A DNA stretch of 64,000 nucleotides from Auanema rhodensis (Eukaryota; Animalia; Nematoda): positions 15,066,001-15,130,000 of the forward strand of contig OZ059897.1 of assembly GCA_964057225.1 (NCBI GenBank). The letters run 5' to 3'. Each line of letters starts with the position of its first letter. Position 1 is the stretch's first letter. A program made the translations under genes and the position numbers. The notes under the pieces are model-generated. The model was not told where the DNA came from. It saw nothing but the letters and a program-made list of their open reading frames with translations, and ran no database searches. Positions 1-10,300 of this stretch are shown piece after piece.

Positions 1-85
1 TACATCAGGCTCTATGGCAGCGTATACATCCCATACCAAATACGGCGATGCAGTTAGTTCTGTTCAGAGAAAACAGTGAATCTTT

Positions 86-269
86 GAAATCATACTACAC
101 AGAATCATTTCTGTAGTTTGTATTTCACATTCCCTTTTAAACTTCGACACATGTTGACCGCGGTGAAAGGGTAATGAGCAGGTTGCGAGCGTGAAGAACT
201 TCTTCGGAAGTTGATGACCGCGAGCTAGCCGGCAACGGAAAGCTTTTGTAATCTGCTCATCTGAGCGGT
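86..269 (+). ncRNA. U3: U3 snoRNA (copy 1)
   Basis: Box A'/A ATACTACACAGAATCATTTCTGTAG (box A 102-116), box B GAGCGTGAAG (187-196), box C TGATGA (212-217), box D CTGA (261-264). Terminal stem ACCGC/GCGGT, stem ATGAGCAGGTTGC/GTAATCTGCTCAT, hairpins AACTTC-TTCG-GAAGTT and CCG-GCAA-CGG. The 5' end is approximate. Confidence 0.9.
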
Positions 270-456
270 TTTAATCGGTTAATCATCAAGGAAACTGAAA
301 GAGTTTCAACTGGACTTCACTTCTTCGACTTTCTTGTATCACTCCCCATGCTGCTTACGGCTCTGTCAGGCTACATCAGGCTCTATGGCAGCGTATACAT
401 CCCATACCAAATACGGCGATGCAGTTAGTTCTGTTCAGAGAAAACAGTGAATCTTT

Positions 457-640
457 GAAATCATACTACACAGAATCATTTCTGTAGTTTGTATTTCACA
501 TTCCCTTTTAAACTTCGACACATGTTGACCGCGGTGAAAGGGTAATGAGCAGGTTGCGAGCGTGAAGAACTTCTTCGGAAGTTGATGACCGCGAGCTAGC
601 CGGCAACGGAAAGCTTTTGTAATCTGCTCATCTGAGCGGT
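457..640 (+). ncRNA. U3: U3 snoRNA (copy 2)
   Basis: Identical to copy 1, offset 371. Confidence 0.9.
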
Positions 641-827
641 TTTAATCGGTTAATCATCAAGGAAACTGAAAGAGTTTCAACTGGACTTCACTTCTTCGAC
701 TTTCTTGTATCACTCCCCATGCTGCTTACGGCTCTGTCAGGCTACATCAGGCTCTATGGCAGCGTATACATCCCATACCAAATACGGCGATGCAGTTAGT
801 TCTGTTCAGAGAAAACAGTGAATCTTT

Positions 828-1011
828 GAAATCATACTACACAGAATCATTTCTGTAGTTTGTATTTCACATTCCCTTTTAAACTTCGACACATGTTGAC
901 CGCGGTGAAAGGGTAATGAGCAGGTTGCGAGCGTGAAGAACTTCTTCGGAAGTTGATGACCGCGAGCTAGCCGGCAACGGAAAGCTTTTGTAATCTGCTC
1001 ATCTGAGCGGT
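828..1011 (+). ncRNA. U3: U3 snoRNA (copy 3)
   Basis: Identical to copy 1. Confidence 0.9.
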
Positions 1012-1198
1012 TTTAATCGGTTAATCATCAAGGAAACTGAAAGAGTTTCAACTGGACTTCACTTCTTCGACTTTCTTGTATCACTCCCCATGCTGCTTAC
1101 GGCTCTGTCAGGCTACATCAGGCTCTATGGCAGCGTATACATCCCATACCAAATACGGCGATGCAGTTAGTTCTGTTCAGAGAAAACAGTGAATCTTT

Positions 1199-1382
1199 GA
1201 AATCATACTACACAGAATCATTTCTGTAGTTTGTATTTCACATTCCCTTTTAAACTTCGACACATGTTGACCGCGGTGAAAGGGTAATGAGCAGGTTGCG
1301 AGCGTGAAGAACTTCTTCGGAAGTTGATGACCGCGAGCTAGCCGGCAACGGAAAGCTTTTGTAATCTGCTCATCTGAGTGGT
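1199..1382 (+). ncRNA. U3: U3 snoRNA (copy 4, variant B)
   Basis: As copy 1 except C>T at 1379 in the terminal stem (G-C becomes G.U). Confidence 0.9.
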
Positions 1383-1569
1383 TTTAAACGGTTAATCATT
1401 AAGGAAACTGAAAGAGTTTCAACTGGACTTCACTTCTTCGACCTTCTTGCATCACTCCCCATGCTGCTTACGGCTCTGTTAGGCTACATCAGGCTCTATG
1501 GCAGCGTATACATCCCATACCAAATACGGCGATGCAGTTAGTTCTGTTCAGAGAAAACAGTGAATCTTT

Positions 1570-1753
1570 GAAATCATACTACACAGAATCATTTCTGTAG
1601 TTTGTATTTCACATTCCCTTTTAAACTTCGACACATGTTGACCGCGGTGAAAGGGTAATGAGCAGGTTGCGAGCGTGAAGAACTTCTTCGGAAGTTGATG
1701 ACCGCGAGCTAGCCGGCAACGGAAAGCTTTTGTAATCTGCTCATCTGAGCGGT
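1570..1753 (+). ncRNA. U3: U3 snoRNA (copy 5)
   Basis: Identical to copy 1. Confidence 0.9.
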
Positions 1754-1940
1754 TTTAATCGGTTAATCATCAAGGAAACTGAAAGAGTTTCAACTGGACT
1801 TCACTTCTTCGACTTTCTTGTATCACTCCCCATGCTGCTTACGGCTCTGTCAGGCTACATCAGGCTCTATGGCAGCGTATACATCCCATACCAAATACGG
1901 CGATGCAGTTAGTTCTGTTCAGAGAAAACAGTGAATCTTT

Positions 1941-2124
1941 GAAATCATACTACACAGAATCATTTCTGTAGTTTGTATTTCACATTCCCTTTTAAACTTC
2001 GACACATGTTGACCGCGGTGAAAGGGTAATGAGCAGGTTGCGAGCGTGAAGAACTTCTTCGGAAGTTGATGACCGCGAGCTAGCCGGCAACGGAAAGCTT
2101 TTGTAATCTGCTCATCTGAGTGGT
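1941..2124 (+). ncRNA. U3: U3 snoRNA (copy 6, variant B)
   Basis: As copy 4 (C>T at 2121). Confidence 0.9.
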
Positions 2125-2435
2125 TTTAAACGGTTAATCATTAAGGAAACTGAAAGAGTTTCAACTGGACTTCACTTCTTCGACCTTCTTGCATCACTCC
2201 CTATGCTGCTTACGGCTCTGTTAGGCTACATCAGGCTGTATGGCTTCCGTTGCTTTCTGTTATTTCCATTACTGAGTTCACTATCTAAAACTGCTATCCA
2301 GTGTAATGTTTGCAAGAAATGAGCATAGCAACCCTTTTATTATATTCCATGTTAATAGCTTTCACAGAAAAGGCCTACGAAATGAGAAATGAGCATAGCA
2401 ACCTTCCATGTTTACAACTGCAGTATTCTATCTTC

Positions 2436-4111
2436 ATGTCCCGGCCGATTGCTAGAACTATTAGTTCTAGACCCATCCCGTCAAGTACTTCAAAATCTGC
2501 TAAATCTTTTAAAGATAAGCAAAATGCCGGACAAGTCAGTACTGCTGATGCTACTAAAGACAGGAAAAATATAATTACATCCAACAGTTCTATAGCTCCA
2601 GTGAAGAAAACTGGCGATCAAGAAATAGGTGACTCAAGTGTTATCGAAGAACTTCGGTGGAAGACGTTAGTGCTGGGTCACCACTACCCGGAGGATTTCG
2701 ATTCTGGTCGTTGGATTTCATTACCAGGGTAAAAATTCTTTAAGCTATTGATTAAATTAATAAATTAAATTCATTTTACAGAGATAGCTATCCCATTGAT
2801 ATCGTAATAGGATTAGAACAAGTTTGTAATGTGTATAAAGTATTACTTGAAGTAGACGATAATCTTTTACGTGAGATTAACTGTTTTCCTTGTTTTTTAA
2901 ATAGATTAATGATCTTTAGCTTCAAAGGTTGATATATCAGTTGGACTAGGAGATGCTACACTACCAATAACATACAAAAACGCAAGAGAAGCCAATTTCA
3001 AAAGACCTGTTACGATGGAATATTTTAAAAGAGAACGAAGTCGCAGTCGAATGGAAACGAAGTTGAAGTTATTATGGAAATTGCTTTTTTCAACATTTCC
3101 ATTTAAGAACTGCTTTTATGGACAAAATTGGACAATATCTCTGGCTTCAAATTAATGAACCACTTAAACATCTTAATAATAAAACTGGACAGGTACATAA
3201 CTATATGTATTCTATTCATTTCAATGTTACGCAACAATTATGTATGAAATTTCATTCAAAGTCATTTGATTGCAGATTAAAATACTGAATTTAACCATTT
3301 TGGGATATCGGATAGTTGGAGATGAATACAAGGAAATGTTGAAAAAAACAACGTATTTTATATTAAAAAATCGATATTTAAATGTTGTAGTAATTTTACA
3401 ATTGAAGGATTGACGGATTTCGACCAAATACTCGTGACGGAGAAGAATACGAATTATATAATGAAATGGCAAGAAATATTATTGAAGAACCTAAGGAAAG
3501 TAGTGTTATAACTAGGCATAGCTAGTAAGAATTAGTATCATGAAGCTTCAAAATACCTAACTTTTAAAGCAATGGAGATGGTTTAGTTACTACGTCAAAT
3601 TTGCTGGCATCCGATCCCTTGACAACGCTGCGGACTGTTAAAAATACTCTAGAACAGAAAAGAGATACGGCAAAACGAGTAGGCGTAATAGGTTTTAGTT
3701 ATGTAATTGCAATGTTGAAGAATGGACGTGATGTCGAAGCAACAGTTTGTCATAGAGCTATTCAACGTCTTCTCGAATATGAGGTTATGGTTGAAGATTT
3801 GCATACAAGAAGGAGTAATGCACTTGTCCATGGGGATCTGATAATGGTAAAATCAAATTTGTTAGAAATATGATTCTTCATAAAGAGTTATTTCAAGGCA
3901 GAACGTCATCGTCTAGCCATGGTTGATTGTAGAGACACGGCACTTCGATCCACCCATGTTGATTTACTATTAGACAGAGCAGAAGTAAGTTATGTGTAAC
4001 AGAATTTTCTAAGAACATGTTAACCATATCAATTGATTTGATTCACGCTTATACAATAAGTTTTAGCTGAGAGCCATAGGAGCATCATCTGAATGGTCTG
4101 AGAAGCAGTAG
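2436..4111 (+). CDS. cep-104: CEP104-like centrosomal/ciliary protein, multi-exon, N-terminal region plus coiled coil only
   Basis: Spliced peptides GRWISLP..YPIDIVIGLEQVCNVYKVLL, LWLQINEPLKHLNNKTGQIKILNLTILG and DPLTTLRTVKNTLEQKRDTAKR..RLLEYEVMVEDLHTRRSNALVHGDLIMAERHRLAM resemble the CEP104 N-terminal domain and coiled coil. Stop TAG at 4109-4111. Confidence 0.6.
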
Positions 4112-4316
4112 AATGATGATATTGGAGTTTTTGATGTTTGAAGTGTAACAATAAAAAATAATTCATAAACAATTAATTTTAAAAATTTTGGCAATATTAA
4201 AGTGAATATTATTAGCACAGCATGAGAAATATTGAACCCGTACCTGTGGGCACAGTGAATCACAGATATGGACTAGTAAGAATAATATTAAATTACAATC
4301 TTAATGTAAAAAAATA

Positions 4317-7300
4317 CTATAATTTAAGAGCATTATAAAATATTTCCTGAAGAAAAGCACGAGAGCGTGCTTTAAACCGATATTCATCTAACAATTCCAG
4401 TACATCTGCATACAGACATGGCCATTCGAACAGCCAGGGATGAGCAGCGCGTAAGCTTCAAAACGTCGATACGTAACTGGTTTCACGCGAATAACCCACC
4501 TGATTAGTTTTTTTTCTGGGCCACCTTCCTTAACTTCTAGCATGTCAACTTCGTTCAAAACACGACGTCTCAAAACTGCTACATCTACATCAGCTGGCAG
4601 CGGATATTCTTGAAAAAAGATTGAAAGAGAAGTATTAATTGAATACAAATATAACACACTTTCTTTGTTTGCACTACAATAAAAACAGCGAAACGCGGAA
4701 TGTGTTAGATCCGCATCTGTACGCTGGCTTCGCCCACCATGTCCACTTTTGGCACCACGATCTTCCATCTCGTCAATGACTGAAGCGTGATATGACCGCG
4801 GGGAAAAGATATTCTTAAAGAAGACAATTTAAACAAATTAAGTTTTTTTTTAAAGACAAACCATGCACATAACATCAACGTCAATAGGTAGCGACGTTAT
4901 ATGAAAATTATTCACCCCACTTTGAGTGAATTCACTTTCACCGTCATATTGCCATTCCATCATTTGGGAAGTAGCACCATATTCCATAGCTGCTTGTCGA
5001 TACAAATGAAGATTCAGTTCCTAAACACATAGTTAAAAATTCACTTTCTAGAAGTGCAAGTCCCCACTTCTGCATCTGTCATGAAAAAATATCGAATTGG
5101 GTCACCAATGTTACGATTTACTTGAAGACAACGTCGAAGTTGCATTGGAGCTAATCTGTATTTTTCTCTACATCTATTGGAGAAATGAGGCTCAATTCGT
5201 ATATCCGATAGCTGAAAAGAATAATATAAAACTATATAATTCTTAAAATATTCACCGGGTCTGATTCCATTCGAATGCTTGATAAGCCATGAGTGAGACA
5301 TTGTGCTATTGTTGAAGATCTTGAACGCGTATCCCAATCGTCGCCTAGTGATCCTGTAGTTGTTGCTCTTCTCCGACCTTAATTTTAAAATTAAAATAAT
5401 TCAAGATTCATAAGCTTACATGAGCTGGAATCATCTAACATGGAACTCAAACCACTGGTTACAGCTGATTCGCCTGTTAGAGTTCTTTCGTTACGTGAAC
5501 TGGTCTCCGGACTAAGTTTTAATTTAAAACCAAATTTTCTACTTGGAACATGATACCTAATTGATTCAAGAGATGAATACGGTTCCACTAAGGTAGCTAG
5601 AGCAGTCTCACTACGACTCTTATGCATACCGATTCGTCCTGGCGAATATAAACCTCCACAAATCTAAATTCATTTGTTGCCATGATTGTATTAGAAATAA
5701 AATTATTGAAATCTTCAAAATCTCACTTCGCTATTAGATCTTGATCTAGAAGTGATTATACTAGGAACCGGAGTAGAAACTTTTTCTGATATTATCTAGA
5801 ATATTGTAATTAATATCCGCATACACACAAGTATTGTCTACTTCCGGGAAAATAGGCGTCAGAGTTCCTTTTCGTAAATCGGTAAGTCCGTACGATCTCT
5901 CAGCCTCTAATTGAACTTCCTCAATTACAAAACGATGACGATTGCTTTCCCAACCATAACTTGCTAAAGCCCGTGCGCCTTTAAAAGGTAATATAATGAA
6001 TGCTGAAAGTCGATAATTACGAACCGCTGACTGAAGCGCCCAGTATATTTAAAGCCCAAAAAGCAGTTCCCCGAACAGATAGAATAGATGATTCTTCACA
6101 AGCTTTAATAATTTTGGGTAAAGTAGAAGAAGCGAACAACTCGATTCCTTAATTAAAAATGAGTGGAAAAGCTTGGTCAAGCATATATACCCTTTTCAGT
6201 GCCACCGATATGTCCCAGAGCGATGAGAGCTCCTTTAACTTTAATGACGTCTTCATCATCTAGCTGTTTTGTCAAATGTTTAACAACTTGGGATTCCTAT
6301 ATAAAATTGAGAATTGAAAACAACGATTATTTCGAGTTATTACCAATAAAAGTCGACGTCCTGTGTTATGCTTAGCCAACGCACCAAACAGATGAATGGG
6401 ACAGCGAACTCCGAATTTCTCAAGTCTGTAAGAAAATAATATAATATAGAGGATTAGTAAATTGTTAGAAATACAACCGTTCTGTATGTCGAAACTATTA
6501 AAAATTTCCAATAATACCTCTCACTACTGCTTCTACTGAATGATCCATCCAATGTTCGTTTCACAGATAGTAGAGATGTTCTCATTTCATCATCAACGAT
6601 TTGAATATATCTCTCATTCATAGACTGTAAAGAAATTGTATTTAAACATACTTTGAAAAATGATATTCACCATCATCCATTGGTTTATCGCCATTCTAGC
6701 TCCATCTTCATCTTCTGAACAGAATTCCTGTACACCGTAAATATGAACTTGAAGTAGAACTCCAGCTTCTCTGAACGTGTCAAGTTTTATGTTTCTCAAA
6801 AAGCGAACAGCCTCTGGATACACCTAAACAGTCATTAAAATTGCATTGCCTCCAACTGATCTCGTACCGGAAGCCAAATATGGAGCAATCGAATGGCATG
6901 ACGTACAACTTTTACACATGAGTCAGCTAACTGACCTAGCAAAAGTCTCATTCCCCATTTTCCGAAATCGGGAAGTTGAAATGATGCTAAAGTTCCTACG
7001 AAGCGCGTACACCAACGCCTTGCTATCTAAATATGAGTAAAAAAACAATCATCCGATCTTCCAAATGGGAGATACCTCTCCTGTTGAAGTCAAAGCCTTC
7101 TGGAGAATAATTCTAGTCATTCCTTCATACTTATAGTTCAAACATGATACAATTACTTTGACATAGTCCGTTTGTGTTGAGGCATTCATCATATCGATAA
7201 AACTGGAAAGTAAAAGTGCGAATCATTTTGCCCGAGGCCAAGAAGCTGTTTCTATTTTTTTAAATCTCATAGAATCTAGTTCTTAGACAAAACTAATTCG

Positions 7301-10300
7301 TTGTAGCCTGGTGGCTTGGCTAATAGTAGCCAGACCTCCTCATTCTCTTCAGATGTCTAAAATCAAGGCCGCAAGACTAAGTTCATTCTGTTTTCTTTAG
7401 AAGCACTATTGCGTCCTCTAAATTTCGAAATCCCGATATCCACTTTTTGTCATCCTGTACCAATTAGGTTCAGCTATTGTACTTTCCCACTGTGAGGATC
7501 AAAAGAGGAGGCATGATGTAATTTATTCCATCCTCTTTATCATGTTTGCAAAAAAAATATCAGAACGCTATCGAACAAATCTCATTCATCTACTCATACT
7601 TTCAATCTTAATCTTCTTTCCTCCTTTTTCCCTGTCTCGTCCCATCAACCTCATTCAAGTCGGATCTGTTACTGTTCACCACCGACCAAACGCTTCTAAT
7701 GATTGTTCATTTCATTTTCTGTCGAACAGATCTTCTTCTCAACGATGTCTCCTGTGGCGATGACCACTCACGGGACGGAGAACATTGAAACCCGTTTTAT
7801 CCTTCACTATTCCAACAATTGTCTTGTTCTCACCCATTTCTCTATTTTCAGACTCAACAAACAATCCGATATATATTAAAATCATAACCTCAGAACAATT
7901 GTAACATTCAGTTAAAATTAATTTTAATATTTCCTTCTTAAATTAGTCGCTTTTTTATGAACTTTATTAAATATAATTGTCTGACATCTTATACCCATTT
8001 AGGGCAAATCGTTCTTTGACTAACCCATATCTTCACATCCCTTAACCCATATCTATTTCAACTTAGTTTTTGCAAACTTTCTTTTTCGAACAACAAAAAC
8101 ACATTGTTATTCTTATACTAAACTTTTACTGCGCTTGATTATATATGGGTGAATTAAGCGCTGCCCATTATCTTCACACAGTACAATAATGATCTTTTAT
8201 GTCAAGATATCTATTACTCATACAGACGTCTAGATTTACAAACTACTTACTATAACTATTAAACCAAAGTTATACAGGCTTTGTAATCAAGCGGAAAAAT
8301 CTTGTCCGGGATGGAAAGTTGATCCATCGGGTTCACTTCTCGACGACGGGGTCAGATATGTTCGGAAGCCGGGATTGAAAGCTAGAAGCGACCGGTTTTG
8401 GTGGCATTATCTGATAGATCCCCCCTTTCATTTGAAGAAATATTACACGGTCCAGAAAAAAGAGAATATCTAGCCAAATTAGCCATCACATTCTCAGTTA
8501 ATATCCTACATTGTTCAATTCTCTCTGATTTCAACCGTTAGTTTCGTCCAATACCCCTGTTGATATCGAAAGGTTTCTTAATCATCACTCCTATATCTAT
8601 CTTTCAATGTATATTTGCGTTTTTTATTTACTTTAATATATATTCTTTTTAGATGAGAAACACAAGTATTTTCATACTTCTTCTTGGAATAGCTTATGCA
8701 GTAGCTGCTGAGGTGCCAGCATGCCAAAATGCTAAATGTTCACATTGTGATGACGAATTCATCAAAAGAATGTGCCCTAAAACATGCGGACCATGTTACA
8801 AGGTTAGTAAACATACCTTATAATATAAATTTTAAAATAATTCTTTAAAGAATCAACGAGCGAGACAAAGAGCAGCACCAACTTACGTTCAAGTAAGCGA
8901 GCAAAAAATATAAATTTTAAAAAACTTTGAATTTTAGCCTGTTGCGCAAAATGTTGCTAATCAGCAAGCACTGTACCAACAACCTGCTGCATTTGCTGCT
9001 CCAAATCAGCAATACCAATATCCAACAGATACATCTACATTAGCTCCACTTATTGAGCAACCCCGAGCGGAATATTTAAGTCCACAATTGGCTAGACAAC
9101 CAGCTGATCTCGCTCAACCTTTGCCAGAATATCAAACATTGCCACAAACTCAACAAAATCTCATACAGACTGCTCCTGCACAGTCATCCTATTATCCTCA
9201 ACAACAAGCACAAACTCAAACAGCTTTTGGTCAACAACAGAGCTTATTCCCTGATATGAATTTACCAACATTATCTTCTTCCTCAGGATCCAATAACCCT
9301 TTGTTAAACCCTTTCCAGCCATTCTTACAGCAAACTTTCCACGTAAGTAATAATTACTAATGGGAAAAAACAGTCACTATTTTTAGAATGGAGGCTTATC
9401 AGCTTTAGACCCTCTAGGACTTTTCAACTTAGGATCTGGATCCAGCCTTGCTCAGGTAAATCTATATTCTGATTCTATCTAACTAAGCGCTTCTATTAAC
9501 GTTCATCAACCTTACAAATCTAATTTAACTAACTTATCACCTACAGGCTGCTCCATTAACTCAAGTAAGCCAACCGATACCAACTTACCAACCACAGCAA
9601 TTTACACCTTTCCAAAGCCCAACTCAAACACAAAATTTATACCAATCGCAAGCTCAACAAGCCCCCCAATTACCAGCACAACCTCAACTAACTTACCAAC
9701 AATACGCCCCAGCTACGGAACAACAACAACAACAACAATATAACTTTCCACAGAACACGAACTTCCATGGAAATTATCAACAACAAACATCTACACCACA
9801 ATTAGGAACTGGCCAAACTCAACAACAACCTCAAGTTCAACAATATCGTCTTCCTACCCCAACATTCTCAATGGAATTACCTGCGTTGCCTTCTATGAGC
9901 GTAAGGTTTATCGAATTATCATGAAACAAAAATCGTTTTCAGCTGCCTCAAATTCCACCAAGCCCACCTGCACCAGTTAATGTACATGGTCAATACCAAA
10001 CTCAACAACAGCAAAAACCTCAAATCCAAACCCAACAGCCTCAACCTTCCATTCAATCTCAGACACAACCACAGGTTCAAAGAACAGCGCAGCCAACTCC
10101 ATCTCAACAACCATACTCACAAGTTCAAACGGTACTAATTATTTTATTTCAACAGTAAAAATAATCACTTCGAATTTAAGACAGCAACTGTTAACACTGC
10201 CCAAAGTATTGATAGAGCACCAATCAACTACCAGAAATACATTGACACAGGTAAAGGGCCTGTAGCAGGAGGAGTAGCTGTTCAGCAGGTTTATATAACA

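Larger units (their letters stand above)
1..2245. repeat. Head-to-tail tandem array, 371-bp unit, 6 full copies plus a short partial; truncated by window start
   Basis: TACATCAGGCT recurs at 1, 372, 743, 1114, 1485, 1856 and 2227 (period 371). Copies are nearly identical; similarity ends near 2245. Confidence 0.98.

Noticed and set aside
211-243. Hammerhead-like TGATGA...GAAA in the repeat unit
   Set aside because: Stem II does not form properly and the CUGA core is absent; the motif is explained as U3 box C.
1-2245. CRISPR array or coding repeat
   Set aside because: No unique spacers, no long ORF, and a eukaryotic context.
2310-2435. N-terminal extension in the ORF track
   Set aside because: It starts at TTG and overlaps the duplicated promoter motif; ATG 2436 is more plausible.
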